Origin: Macrostomum lignano
Lineage: Eukaryota
NCBI GenBank assembly: GCA_002269645.1
Contig: NIVC01000530.1
Span: 62,001-126,000 of the forward strand
Direction of reading: 5' to 3'
Length of the DNA stretch: 64,000 nt
The position numbers were made by a program, and so were the translations under genes. Each line of letters opens with the position of its first letter. The first letter of the stretch is position 1. Shown in pieces: positions 1 through 20,241 of this stretch. The notes beneath the pieces are model-generated. The model saw nothing but the letters and a program-made list of their open reading frames with translations. It was not told the DNA's origin and searched no databases.

Positions 1-185
1 GTTCTAGAAGACGGTGGGGCTGGTTCCGGAGTGCTGGGAGTAGGTCGCCACAGTTCTCCCTCCAGACGCGATGCAGTAGCCGTAGCCAGAGGCGGAGTTG
101 ATTTGGGACCCGTCAGTGAAGCAGTGGATTTCATGGGGTTTTCAGTTGTCTCTTGCTTCATGAGACGTGGGTGAAATGCTACTAA
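1..185 (-). mobile_element. Non-LTR retrotransposon RNase H fragment (decayed; runs off the window start)
   Basis: Minus-strand translation PHEIHCFTDGSQINSASGYGYCIASGGRTVATYSQHSGTSPTVF*N matches the (Y/F)TDGS...G.G...TVFQAE RNase H start of R1/I/Loa-type LINEs, with a stop where Q is expected. Confidence 0.65.
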
Positions 186-289
186 TGAGATAGGTTTACA
201 TTTTTTCAGCACAAAAATTGTTGTTGTTACCCCTCCTTTGCGGGCAGAAATGGGAGGGGGTAACAATATACAATTGGTTTCGATAAGAA

Positions 290-853
290 GCAGACCCTAT
301 ATTCTTCTTTTTATATGTCTTGCCTTCCTTATAGCTCTATCGATATTCATCAAAAAGCTTTTCGTTTAGAAAATTAGGGTTCTATGTTACTTTTTTATTC
401 TACGTACAACTGCCCTGTGCCTAATAACCATCAAAATGGCACCAGCTCGGCTCAAATTAGTTTGATTAGTCTATTTTATCAGTCTAGCTGATTGTGTACG
501 TGTAACAGAGATGATAAAATAGATTTATAAAGCCCAGTGGCGTAACTAGGATTTTGAAAGGGGGGGATAACTTTTGGGGTCAAAATTATAGACTAATAAA
601 ATAGTTTTTTGCTTAAAAAATGCATTTAAAAAGTATCAAAATCATTTTTTAGGCTAAAAAAGCTTTACTTTGTTAAAACAGAATAAAGCCGGCAGACGTC
701 TGTCTTGACTAGAGCATTTTAGGAACTAGGAATGAAATGTACGTAGAATAGAAAATTACCATAGAACCCTAATTTTCTAAACGAAAAGCTTTATGAATAT
801 CAATGGAGCTATAAGAAAGGCACAACATATCAAAAGATGAGCATTGGGTCTGC
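290..853. mobile_element. MITE-like element with long imperfect inverted arms
   Basis: About 290-412 is the imperfect reverse complement of about 735-853 (shared core AAAGCTTTTCGTTTAGAAAATTAGGGTTCTATG). There is no ORF. An internal CAGTGGCGTAACTAGG end at about 535 may belong to a second MITE. Confidence 0.6.
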
Positions 854-2539
854 CTCCTATCGAAAGCAATTACAATTTTTGTGCTGAAAGAAACGGTTTC
901 TCGTCCTACAAAGCTGTCAGTTGATGGTACATTGCGCAACATATATACAAATAGTTAATGAACTCTATAAATTAACTAGCTGATCTAAGAGACGAGTGAT
1001 TCTAACATGTAAAAACGTGTCTAATCACTCAGAGGAAGACGATTATTGACTGGCACTACAAGGGACTATGACCCCAGCAAGTACGATCTTTAGGATCGTT
1101 AATATGGTCTGTGCAGTGCAAGCGGGAACTAAATTGTGTAAATTCAAACACGGGGAAACGCATTGACGGTTATAATTTTTAAGTATGTACGTGTACATAA
1201 AAATCGAACCCCGCGGAATTGCCAAGGGAAGTCCTTGGCATTAAGGACCAGCTATAATACTGCATGTGAACGAATGGGAAGCGATGGAATTCATTTTGAT
1301 AATTTGCACGGCTGGCACAGTTCAAGGGCTTTGAGGTTGGGGCTTCCCACTGAGGTGAGGTTGTTGTTGTTATACCAGCTAGGCTAAAAATCATTCATCA
1401 GAATGGACTTATAACAGTCTGTCACACTGCTCCCTATACTGAAAATATTTGCACTTCAATGATTCCTGTTCGCACGTATTCATCGAGAGAGAGAGACCTT
1501 TCCCCTGCACGTCTACCGGTATAAGGACTGCGATTCCAGCCACTATTTATACCTGTAGGATGCCATTTAGTTTACTGAGGTGAGGTACTTTGCCTGGGTT
1601 CAAAATTCTCTGTGAAGACGAATCAGCATGGTGTTCTGTTGCCCATCAATGAGCTCGAATGTTATTCGAGACGAGATGAGACAGCAGTACAGATAATAAT
1701 TTATGCTAGATGTCTCGACTAGAGAGTTGAGCAAATGCTGCCCACTGCATCATGGTCTCTCATCTCCTCTGCAGCAATTGGGGAAGGGAATTAGTTGAAA
1801 CAAATCGATTTTTATTCGATTTAGTCTACTTGGATACAGCCAGACTGACTGCATTAGGGTGGGTAGGACGGCAAAGAATGCGTTAGGGATAAAAGTACAC
1901 AGAAAGTTTTGCATCATTATGAGAACCGTCTCCACTTTTTGGCCAGTTCAAAACTGAGCTGAGTTCAACGCTTCGTGAATTATTAACTTTGACTCCGGGG
2001 ATTTCAAAATTGGCGACTAATTTGACAGGGACAGGATCGGGGGTAATTTTTCGAAATAAATTCTCTCCGTTTTCAGAGCGTCGCCAGTTGTACTTTTAGC
2101 TCTTAAGAATCAAATTAAGAGCTATCAAATCAAATCCAATTGGGAATGGAACAGCTACATAAAAATCTTTGTCTGGCCCTATAGGCCTCTAGATATTCTT
2201 AGCTACGAGCGTAGCTGTTTTTATCTTTCTAAAGAATGCTTTCTATCAATAAAAACGGATTTTTCGCAACTGACTTTGTCCATGGTAAAACTTCCCTTAG
2301 CGCCACTAAAAAATCGAATCCTTACGAAATTCGTTTATTTAAAAAAGAAAATTTGATTCTCACCTTAAAAACTTTTTGCTCTGTATGTAAGTTGAAAGTA
2401 CAGGAAGGGAGATTTTGTCATTTTAATGGGTTAATAACGCAGACAACTTTCTCTATACCAGGGGATCGGCAGAGGAGGGAAAAGAGGAGAGAGAATATAG
2501 ATGAAAGATGAGAGAAGAGAGGCTAGGGGCGAGAGTCAA

Positions 2540-2930
2540 GAGGCGAAGCGAAAATAGAGGAGAAGAGAGGAGAGGAGAGGAGAGGAGAGGAGAGGAGAGG
2601 AGAGGAGAGGAGAGGAGAGGAGAGGAGAGAAGAGGAGATGAGAGGAGATGAGAGATGAGAGGAGATGAGAGGAGAGAAGAGGTGAGGAGAGGAGAGGAGA
2701 GGAGAGGAGAGGAGAGGAGAGGAGAGAGAGGAGAGAAAGGAGAGGAGAGAGAGGAGAGGAGAGGAGAGGTGAGGAGAGGAGAGGAGAGGAGAGAAGAGGA
2801 GATGAGATGACAGGAGATGAGAGATGAGAGGAGATGAGAGGAGAGAAGAGGAAAGGAGAGGTGAGGAGAGGAGAGGAGAGAAGAGGGGGAGATGAGAGGA
2901 GATAAAAGATGAGAGAGAAGGGAACTGAGA
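2540..2930. repeat. (GGAGA)n purine-rich microsatellite
   Basis: Direct reading; it accounts for the L/S-rich ORF 2453-3037. Confidence 0.95.
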
Positions 2931-3102
2931 AAAAGAAACCTAAGGCGAATCGGGTTGTGAAGTTTCAAAGGATCCGAGGGCCTATGCTCCATACTATTGT
3001 ACTGAAGTATACAGGTACATGGAGCTAAATATAACACTCATGTTAACAATATTTAGCTCGATATTCATGTCGGATCAAAATACATGCCAATCAAATATGC
3101 AG

Positions 3103-9850
<6,748 letters not shown>

Positions 9851-9974
9851 TGACAGTGCAGTATTCTGCTATTCTTACACAGATTGACATGTCATATGCT
9901 CTCTTGTTTGAGTTGGCTTGTTGTATTGCATCAACATATACTGGTACATGTAGTTCATACTTTGTTTTGAAGTC

Positions 9975-10700
9975 AAGGGTGCTCGGGTTTTGACGTTTTG
10001 AGGTCTGGAGTGCTCGGGTTTTGAGGTATGGAGTACTCGGGTTTTGAGGTCTAGGGTGCTCGGGTTTTGAGGTCTGGGGTGCTCGGGTTTTGAGATCTGG
10101 AGTGCTCGGGTTTTGAGATCTGGGGTGCTCGGGTTTTGAGGTCTGGGGTGCTCGGGTTTTGAGGTCTGGGGTGCTCGGGTTTTCAGGTCAGGGGTGCTCG
10201 GGTTTTGAGATCTGGGGTGCTCGGGTTTTCAGGTCAGGGGTGCTCGGGTTTTGAGATCTGGGGTGCTCGGGTTTTCAGGTCAGGGGTGCTCGGGTTTTGA
10301 GATCTGGGGTGCTCGGGTTTTCAGGTCAGGGGTGCTCGGGTTTTGAGATCTAGGGTGCTCGGGTTTTCAGGTCTGGGGTGCTCGGGTTTTCAGGTCTGGG
10401 GTGCTCGGGTTTTGAGGTCTGGAGTGCTCGGGTTTTGAGGTTTGGGGTGCTCGGGTTTTCAGGTCAGGGGTGCTCGGGTTTTGAGATCTGGGGTGCTCGG
10501 GTTTTCAGGTCAGGGGTGCTCGGGTTTTGAGATCTAGGGTGCTCGGGTTTTCAGGTCTGGGGTGCTCGGGTTTTCAGGTCTGGGGTGCTCGGGTTTTGAG
10601 GTCTGGAGTGCTCGGGTTTTGAGGTTTGGGGTGCTCGGGTTTTGAGATCTGGGGTGCTCGGATTTTCAAGTAAGGAGTGCTCGGGTTTTGAAGTCTGGGT
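9975..10700. repeat. 20-bp minisatellite (GGGGTGCTCGGGTTTTGAGG/TCT variants)
   Basis: Direct reading. Confidence 0.95.
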
Positions 10701-11219
10701 GTTGAGATTGTAAAGTTTAGGGTTTTCGATGCAGTTAATACTTTTCACTCTTGCCTTTTGTTTCTGTCTAAAGTGTAATATATTGCGCCAATCTAACAGA
10801 ATAATAATTAGTGTAATTTAAATAAAGTATAACATTTAAATTGTTAACAGTCCATGCCTGTGTTCTTGGTGGCATGATGCACTTAATCTAAAAAAAGTGT
10901 CAAATTAAAGCTTTTTCAAACAAATTTATTTAATACAGATAAGAAATTGCAGCCGTTGGCTGTGAACTTATCACGCCACTGCCTCATGCTGATTAGAGAG
11001 TTGATTGACAAGGTCAACCTTTGTTGTTCGCCATGTTATTTAGCTCGCATGAACAATAGCGGTTGTCAGTCATTGCCGCAATCTTGACAAAACATGGCTA
11101 GCTTTCTCCGCTATCTCTGAACCGAGTGGCTCATTTAGTTTTTTTAATGCGAATATTTTTTCTTTGCGCAGCTGAGACCGCCTTCATTGTAGAAGTTTAT
11201 CGAGTAGTGTGATAACGCA

Positions 11220-11352
11220 CTCGGTATAAAATGCGGGCAGCCAACGCCGCTATAAAATCCAGCACCGTGTCCCAGACAGCGGAAGACTAAACGACTGCTT
11301 TACGGCTTGCCTGTCTGTAAAAGTTATCAGCTTTTGTACTTTGCACTTCCAG
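11220..11352 (+). promoter_or_regulatory. Candidate promoter and non-coding first exon of the USP gene
   Basis: Two TATAAAAT motifs (about 11226 and 11251), a strong donor CAG|GTGAGT at 11352/11353, and a candidate acceptor just before the ATG at 12124. Confidence 0.4.
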
Positions 11353-11529
11353 GTGAGTTGTAGGAAACTGCTTCTTCTCTGAGCATTTTAATACCGGCAT
11401 TGATGCACTTTGTAGACAGTTTTACAGAAATGTCTCCTTGTCATGTTCTTGGAGATTTCTGGTTTCTTATTTTGCCTGCGATCCCCCTCCCTGCAATCTC
11501 TCACTCTTCCATCCGTCTCCATGCAATCC

Positions 11530-12010
11530 CTCTCCCTTCAATCAGTCTCCCTGCAATCCCTCTCCCTGCAATCCCTCTCCCTGCAATCTCTCTCCCTGCA
11601 ATCCCTCTCCCTTCAATCAGTCTCCCTGCAATCCGTCTCCCTTCAATCAGTCTCCCCTCAATCCCTCTCCCTACTATCCCTCTTCCTTCAATCAATCTCC
11701 CTGCAACCCGTCTCCCTGCAACCCGTCTCCCTGCAACCCGTCTCCCTGCAACCCGTCTCCCTGCAACCCGTCTCCCTGCAACCCGTCTCCCTGCAACCCG
11801 TCTCCCTGCAACCCGTCTCCCTGCAACCCGTCTCCCTGCAACCCGTCTCCCTGCAACCCGTCTCCCTGCAACCCGTCTCCCTGCAACCCGTCTCCCTGCA
11901 ACCCGTCTCCCTGCAACCTGTCTCCCTGCAACCCGTCTCCCTGCAACCCGTCTCCCTGCAACCCGTCTCCCTGCAACCCGTCTCCCTGCAACCCGTCTCC
12001 CTGCAATCGG
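11530..12010. repeat. 15-bp minisatellite (CTGCAACCCGTCTCC)n
   Basis: Direct reading. Confidence 0.95.
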
Positions 12011-12123
12011 TCCCCCTGCAGCCCCACTCCCTAATTCGTATCCTTGCAATCCCCCTAAATAGAATCACCAGTCTTCCCACTCCCCGATCCCACAGCGAGT
12101 TCCCGCCATCAACAATTTAAGTC

Positions 12124-13025
12124 ATGCCAGACAAGAAGTCGCCGCAGCGCCGAATTCTAATCGCAATGGACGGCAGTCTGTACAGCCGTCGAGCTCTCGA
12201 GTGGTACTCAGAGTTCCTGGACCGGCCGGGGGACTACCTGGTGTTCGTGTACGTGGCCGAGCCGCCGCCTGTTGGTGTGGGCGACGGTATCGGCATGATC
12301 AGGTCCGCTGAGCTGTTTCAAAAACGGCTGGAAGCCATGGTGGAACGAGCAAGGTGCGTGCTATTGGATATCTGTATATCAGTTCTGCTTTTCCCCACGG
12401 TAATGAAGTTATTAGGGGAAGTCACTGCTCCCTAACTCCCTACCTTCCTACTCCCTACATTGCTAACTCTTCCTACATTCCCACTCCCTACATTCCTACT
12501 CCCTAAATTCCTAATTCTCCCTAGATTCCTATTCCCTACATTCCTAATCCCTACATTCCTAATCCCTACATTCCTACTCCCTACATTCCTAATCCCTGCA
12601 TTCCTAATCCCTACATTCCTACTGCCTCTTCCAGGCAGATGGCCACCCTGCTAGATGAGAAATGCGTCCAGCTGGGCATCAGCCGGCCCTACAAATTTGT
12701 GGAATGCTTCGCTTCCAATGTTGGAGCTGCCATTATCAGCTTAGCCGAGCAGGAGTCCGTCAGCTTGATTCTGATGGGCAACCGAGGTGCGAACTCTCTG
12801 CGTAGGACCTTCCTGGGCAGTGTGTCTTCCTATGTGCTGCATCATTCCTCAATTGCCGTCATCATTGCACCGTTGAAGCCGGAGCCGCGGAACTCGTTGG
12901 CCAGTACAGACACGAGCTGGACAGCTTCGACTGGCTCACAGTTGTCCATCGCCACTCTGTCAGCTGATGATTCCATTGATGATGATGGTGCGATTGCATC
13001 GACTGCCAATGCTCGGGCTTGCTGA
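12124..13025 (+). CDS. Universal stress protein (UspA family), two exons
   Basis: Exons 12124-12353 and 12635-13025 join in phase 2. RRILIAMDGS...ALEW at the N terminus and LILMGNRG...RTFLGSVSSYVLHHSSIAVII, the USP ATP-binding motif. The intron holds a 15-bp repeat. Confidence 0.92.
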
Positions 13026-13841
13026 GCGCAAAATCCTATAATGTATGGACGCTAATAAGCTGCACGTACTGGCTATGCATGTAGCTAAGAAGTGTTTGCT
13101 ATAAATAAACATTTACATGTCGGATACTCAACATATTCTGTAAATACATGCATTATGCAATTTCTTGAAAATGTACTTCTTTAAACAATACTTTTATGAT
13201 ACAATTAAAGATCAATTCTAATGAAAATGTTTTTGCATCATGGTGTACACATGGGAGCTCCAGCGCTACATGCAAAATTGACTTGTACACCTGGATCGAA
13301 TCATCCTACCTACATGCGTGACCAAAAGCCAACTGTTATACACAGTGGTCCTTGGTATGACCTTCAGCATGTACACTGTAAATTGCATAAGGTCATGATT
13401 AGAGAAAAAAAACTTTTAATAGACTTGGTGATCATTAATTGCATCATACAAGCTAACATATATACATGTAACATGTACGAGCGTTATACATGTTGCTCGA
13501 CTCGAGAAATTTTTGCCTAGTTTCATCTAAGTGTTATTTTGCTACTCAGAAGAACAAATTGACTTGACAAATTGCATTGACAAATTTGGCTAATAAATTA
13601 AAGTAAGAAATCGGTTCCACCGAGTCCTGGCTGCTGCACGCTTAATTAGTTGAACTAATGTCTAAAAATGCACTCTGGCCAAATATATTTAATAAAATCA
13701 AGTAAATAAAGCGTGTTTCTTGTTCAGAGGCGGATTTAGAAATATAAAATTGGGGGGGGGGGCGGATTTTAACTATAAGAGTGGGGGCGCCAAAATGTAC
13801 ACTAGGGGGGCGCCATGATGTAGCCGAGAGAAGCGCCGCCA

Positions 13842-16490
13842 CAATTATTATTTATTATTATTACAGACGCTGGCTCAGGGGTCAGCGAAGCACCCGTTGG
13901 TGGAAAACAGCTGAGTCCAGCCTAGCTGCAGACTGAGGGTAAGGCCCAGAGCCTGCAAGTCAGTGAGAAAGGTGTCAGTCAGAGTGGTGCAGCGCGCCTG
14001 GCCCCGGCGGAGTCTCCCACAAGGCGGGCAAGCAGGTCGGCAAGCGGGGGCCCTGCGCCCCGTGTGTGGGCCCGCAGGCAGTGGCCGATCAACATCTGGC
14101 GTCGCCACTGCAAAGTGCGACCCAGGGGCGGCACGCGGGTCCGGGTCGCCTGCTCGGCATTGCTCACGCGCTCGGGGAACCGGATGCCAAGGGGATTGCG
14201 CAGGAGGTGACGATGGCAGGCCTCCAAGCTCGCCTCACCAGTGGCAGTCATGGGGACGGCTTCCAGCCCGTAGGTCAGCACCGTCTCAACTGCCGAGCGA
14301 AATAGATCGGCGACCTTCAGGCTGACGGTGGCGAGTCGGCAGTTGAAGATGGAGCGGAGAAGGTGGGAGGCCCGCCACGCCAGCTGCTTGCGGCTGTTGA
14401 CAATGGCATCCAGGTCAGGGACCAGGGCGCCCGGATACTTGAACTGGTTGCACGGGGCGATGGTGTTGCCGTCCGGTAGAAGCAGCGGTGGAGATCGAGT
14501 TGGCAATGCCAACATGCAGCACCTTGCCGTAGTTGATGTGGAGCCCCACGCGCTTCCCCTCGTCTGCCAGCCGACTCACCGCCCTCTGCGCAGCTTCGGA
14601 GCTGCAGCAGGTCAGCGCCAAGTCGTCGCGTAGGCGAGGCAGGTCAGCTTGACACAGGGAAAGCGGGAGCTGCGGCGAGGCAGGTCAGCTTGAAACAGGG
14701 AAAGCGGGAGCTGCGGCGAGGCACCACTTCATAGCCGTCTTTGTCGCGCAGAGCCAGCCGCATGACGTAGTCGATCAGGATAACGAATAGAAACGGTGAT
14801 AGGGTGTCACCTTGCAGGACCCCGGAGGTGGTGGCAAATTCAGATTTAGGGCCGTGTTCAGTCTGGACAAAAGCCTTGGACGAGCTGTAGAGGTCCATGA
14901 TCGCCTGTACCAGCAGCTGAGGAACTCCATGCTGCTGGAGGAGCCAGGCAATGGCCGCCAGGCTGACGGAGTCATAAGCTTTGCAGATCTACAAAAACAA
15001 TTGACACCGCCTTTTGGCGAGTCTCGCAGGTGTCAATGATGCACCGGATCGCAGCGACTTGTTCTGCTGTTGACCGTCCTGGTCGAAAGCCACTCTGGAT
15101 GTTGAGAATTGCCTCTGGTTGATGATGGGTTGAATGCGGTTTCGAAGGATGGTGTTGAGGACTTTGGCCAGAGTGCACTCTAGGGCTATGCCGCGCAAGT
15201 TGTCGAGGCCACTAGAGTTGCTCTTCTTGGGGATGGCCGCAATCTTAGAAGTTCTCCATCGCTCTGGGGCACTAGCAGTTGAGTCCCCGCCCAGACGGCA
15301 AGAGCGGTTGAGGATTTCCGGTGATGACAGGCAGCAGCTCGGGCGTCTTCAGGACACGCGGTGGGATGTCATCGATTCCTGCTGCTACATCAGCCCGATG
15401 GTTCTTAGGGCCTTAGAGACTTCATCCATGAGATCGGAGCGCAATTGAAGTCGGATGGGCAGACAGGTGGAGAGCCAGCGAGCGGGCGAAGAGTAGCGCT
15501 GGGAGCTTGGGCATTGAGCACAAAATGGAAGTGGGAGTCCCAGTGTACACCCGATTGCCGCGGTTGCCTCCTGGGGAGCACTGCTGCCGCAGAAGCGACT
15601 GTGGAAAAGCTGTCGTAGCTGCTGTCAAGGCGGAGCCCCGAGTCTTTGAGTTGTCTCAGGAAGTTCGATCTAATTTCAGAGTTGTTGAGTGCACCCCAGT
15701 AGGGCAGGGGACTGGTCGGCTTCCTGAAGCGGTGCCAGCGAAGGTCCAGTCTGCAGCACAGGAGAGTGTGGTCGGATGGGATGCATTTCAGGGTGATGTT
15801 ACGAATGGCCCGGAGACGAGCTCTCTGCGACATTGGGCAGAGAATCCAGTCGAGGCGGCCGGGTGTTGCGACCGTTTGGGCCATGGAAAGTTGGCAAAAC
15901 ACTGAGGCATTGGCGAAGGCAGCCATGCATTTGCCGCCATCAGGTCGCGAGAATGAATGAAGTCATAGAGGAAACTTGTGTTGGCATTAGCTGAGCCGCA
16001 ACGATTTTCACCAGTCGGCCGTCAACTGAGGGGAGCAATTGAAGTCGCCGGTGACAACGTTGAGGTCCCGGGAGGCCAGCTGGTCAAGAAGGGCGTTCAG
16101 TTTGTCGTAAAAGCTCTCAGTTGTAGATGGGTCTGTATGGCTGTGTTGGTGCAGTTGGCGCGTGCACACAGATAACATATTGAGGCGCCTGTCCTTCAGA
16201 GAAAAGGAGGCATGACCGATGCACTCAGATAAAAAGTTGATCGAGAAGAGCGACCGGGAGGCTTCTGGGGAGAGCAGGAAGCCAATGCCCCCACGCCTTG
16301 GGCAGAGGCAGGTGAGGCTGTGAACCTCCACCCATTGTACAGACTGGCCTCAATGTCTTCAGGAAGCCTGCTTCGATGCTCTTGGATTGAAAGAATAGAG
16401 ATGGAGAGGTCAGAGGCAGCTTTGGTCAGCTCGCGCAGTGCGAGCATTGAATGAAGCTACAGCCGCCACAATATAGACGAGATGGCGCCA
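13842..16490 (-). mobile_element. RTE-like non-LTR retrotransposon, frameshifted and internally deleted
   Basis: APE endonuclease fragments (SFNART, LSIQEHR, TGDFN, SDH) and RT motifs (RGIALEC..AKVLN, QSGFRPGRST, VFVD, GVLQGDTLSPFLF) spread over several frames; a (TAA)n-like 3' tail at about 13845-13863. Confidence 0.88.
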
Positions 16491-18054
16491 TACTGAGCAA
16501 ACAGAGGGCGGTGAGGACCTTTTTTAGCCTAAAGGAAAAGGGGCACCATCATCGCCAACCACAAGGGGGAGCGGCCCCCGCCCTTGTTGGACTTGTTGGA
16601 AACTATCTTTAATCTTACAGTCTCATACCGTTATACGCGTTCAAAAGCGTTATGGTCTTTTCCCAGTAAAATATGGCAAAATTTTAAACAAGAAATGCGT
16701 TCTTAGAAAATGTAAAAATTTTCAAGCAGTATTGCAGGCCTTGGCGTCAAAGCCATAAAAAACATGATGTTAAAAGAGTCACTGACAGCATAGGCAGTTC
16801 TGACAGAGACAGAGTATGGCAAAATTATCCTGTGATGGGTTAACGAATTACTTCACATTCAACTCCGAAAGAGCATTATATAAAAGTCTAATTTAATTTA
16901 AATAAGGATTCAGGTTAGGCCTACGGCACGGCTTACGCGTTAATGTTTTCTATGCCTGAACACGGCTGAACTGGATTAATCAAAGCAAATTTAAATCAAT
17001 GACAAAGTGCTATAACTTAAGGCCTAGCATTAGCTATTCAATTGCTATTATTGCTATTATGCTACTTTGTTAGGTCAGGATCTATTGAATCTATTCCAAA
17101 AAATAGGTCCATGCCAAAAATTGCTGGTGTATACTTGGATTAGCGGTTGCAAGTTTGATTATAGTTGACATACCATTTCTACTCTATATTGGGCATAAGA
17201 AGTCATTTAAAAAGCTTGGTATACATACATTGGCCTTAGCATAAACTTTTAATCTATCGTTTGTTTATATTCATTCTATTTATTTTAAATGACAGTGCTG
17301 TGACTTGTTTATTGTATGATCTCCACTGCATTGGGGGTACCGGGTAGAGACCAAGCTAGGCCCTAGGATTTAGATTGTGTAGTAGTGCATGCTAGAATGC
17401 AAATCTATATTAGCTAAATCTAATGTATACCAATAGCAGTTGGCAATAAATATATGCCAATAAAGGTAGGCCTAAAGAATCTCTAAATTTTAACTCTAAC
17501 TAGGCCCTATAATAGTATAAAAAACTGTAAAGGGCAAGCAATTGGGATCAATGTCCCTATTTTGCTAGGATTCAAATATTTTAGACTTTAGGATTTATCC
17601 TAGATCTATCACTAATTAAAGATAGATTTGGAAGTATAAATAAATAAGGATTGATTTTAATTGCAAGTTGAAAGAGTGGAGGCATCATATTATAAAATGT
17701 GCTAGAATAAAGGCATTATTATACTAAGCAAACTAAGGGTCATGAGGACTTTTATGATGACTTGAACTTTAGCTTAATAATATAAATTTAGCTAGGCAAC
17801 TTTTAGTTTTATGCTTGTGTTTTTTGGCACTTATATTTTTCCTATTTTAGTATAATAGGGGCCTAGGCTTTGTTTTTAGTAAGCAAAGTTTCTTAATTTC
17901 AAAACTATTATTTTGATCAGCCTTAGGGCTGGTACTTGCTTTTGCATTAATTATTTCAAGTAGTAAATAGCAACTTTGAAATAGCCCCAAATTGGAGACC
18001 TAATAGACTTAGCCATTTAGCCAATCTAGCTAGCTACAATCTTTATAATGGGAT

Positions 18055-20241
18055 CAGTGTTCGGAGCGTGGAGCGAATTCGCGCTTGGCACAAAAATGGC
18101 TTGGACAGGCACAAATCTGCAAATTCTGAAGCCATGGTGCAAATTTTTTGGCTCCTCAATGGCGCGAATTTTTAAGCCCTGTTTCATCTAATTGCCTATA
18201 CACACAGCAAATTTTGCTGATTTTTTCTACTTGTCTGTCACTTCTGTGTTTATTAAAATTTCCAAAACTGTGTAAACCATGTTTGTAGCCTGCACACCAA
18301 ACTTTTTTTGCCTTTTGAGTCCCATGTTATTTCATTCCAGTACTTTTACCACTTGCTTTGCCTTGTTGTCTTCCTAGTTGCTACTAGTTATTTTCCTCCA
18401 AGAGGACAAGAATAATATAAGGAAATATTGTGTTGTGTGTTTCGTGCATTATTATAGAAGATTGAGCTGGGAAAATGCAGTAGACCAGTGATGTGCCCAT
18501 CTACCAGATGAGATGCCAGTAGAAAAGGAAGTTGGATGTGATTGACAGGTAGAATGGAGGGCATGCTGTTCATGAAAGGCTTCATTCCACTTTCCCCAGG
18601 GAAGCCTCGCTTCCTGTCACTGGCTCATTGAGTAACATGTGCAGCAGTGCTCATGCCTCATATCGTCAGAGGCTAAAAGATGAAGCAGCCGCAGAGGAGC
18701 AGAAGCATGCAAAGGAGCTGGAGGCATCGCTTGTCGCAGAAGTTCAGGCCGAGAAGGCTTGCAAGCACATTGCAAGTCTCAAAGAGAAGCTGGCTGAGAA
18801 GGAGAAGGAGCTTGAAAAAGAGGTGAAGGAGAAGGAAGCAGCACACCAACTGCTTCTCTGCGCACAGAAATCAACTGACAGCCACAAGCAGTAGATCGAA
18901 GCACTACGCAAGGAACATGAGCAACTCCAGAAGCGCAAAGAGAAGGAAGCGGTGCACGTTACTGAAGAGGTTCTGAAGCGGAAGGCGTGCGAATTAGCGA
19001 TTGTAGGCTCACATGTTGATGTGAGCAAACTACCAAGAATCCAAAAGCGGAAGAACTGACTGACTCTTTAATGCTGAACTGACTCCTGCGTTGAGACTTC
19101 AGAGTAGGCCTACACGCTAGTGCATTACTTTTGCAGTTGCACAATGCAACGTTGTTCCAATATTAGTATGCAAGGCTTATAGAATTTGGTTGGTTTGCAC
19201 AATGATTCCGTTGATTTGTTACTTTTTTCCTAACTATGCTATATTCATGTTCACTTCTCTATACTTACTTACTCATTGACTTGTCGTTCCTTTAGTTTCT
19301 TTTCATGTATGCTGTAGACATGTCAAAAGTGCACCCCTGTTGACCAACACCTATTACTTAGCATACATGTAAATAGTTAAGAACAATCCGATCTGAAATC
19401 ATGCTTAATATTTGTATAGCTTACACATTGTACATTGCTGTATTAGTGCTCAACAGTAGACAACCAGAGTAAAAGATTTTGTAACTTTCGTTGTGGATCA
19501 TAAACTGGTGCACTTTTTTCTATCAAGGTCACGTGTCTACATATTGTCAAAAATAATGGTGTACAATTGCGGAATCAAAAGTGCAATCACAGTTGGATTG
19601 GTTTATTAAAGTTCCCAAGATCACCACTAAAGCCACAGCCAGTTAACATTCCTTCATCCTTCCTTGTTCCCTGATCTGTTTGGCGTTCCCCTAATTTCTT
19701 TACTGCATCTCCAAGTATTTTCTGTCCTTTCATCAGTTGCAGACTTTACTCTGTCACAACCATTCTTGCTTAGGCCCTTAGCATAGGCTCTGTCTTTTTC
19801 TAGGGGCTTGTTGAATCCTGTTTTACGAGTACCAACCTACAGGAAATCTTCGTTCTCTCACGATTTTCAAGTACTGTTTGTTCTTTGCTTTGGATGGGAA
19901 CTACTTTGCTTTGGTCAGTGCTGTTTTCCAGTATAATATATCGCCTATTCTACTGTGTGCTACGCAATGTAGTCAGGCACATGTTTAGGATGTGGGTTAA
20001 ATGATGGAGTCCTTGCCTGCAATCATTTTCGCATTTTTCCAGCTGTGGATTTATTTTTGTTTATGTAAAATATGCTGCGGAAATTAGTACAGGAACTTAG
20101 GCACTGAAAATACTTTCAAGGGCTAAAATTTGAACACTACTGGGATTTACCTATTGTTTTCAGTAGACTATGCCCCTAGGCATACCGCAAAAATTTACCC
20201 CAGGTGCGAAAAAATGGCAGGACCCCCTGCTCCAAACACTG
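18055..20241 (+). mobile_element. Non-autonomous hAT-type DNA transposon
   Basis: TIRs CAGTGTTCGGAGC (18055-18067) and GCTCCAAACACTG (20229-20241) match at 12/13, with a perfect 8-bp TSD AATGGGAT (18047-18054 and 20242-20249). Only a coiled-coil ORF remnant (about 18560-19050) survives. Confidence 0.8.

Noticed and set aside
1043-1935. Short ORFs at 1043-1935 and 51041-51496 as genes or missing DEG/ENaC exons
   Set aside because: I found no recognisable motifs and no phase-compatible splice sites I could support.
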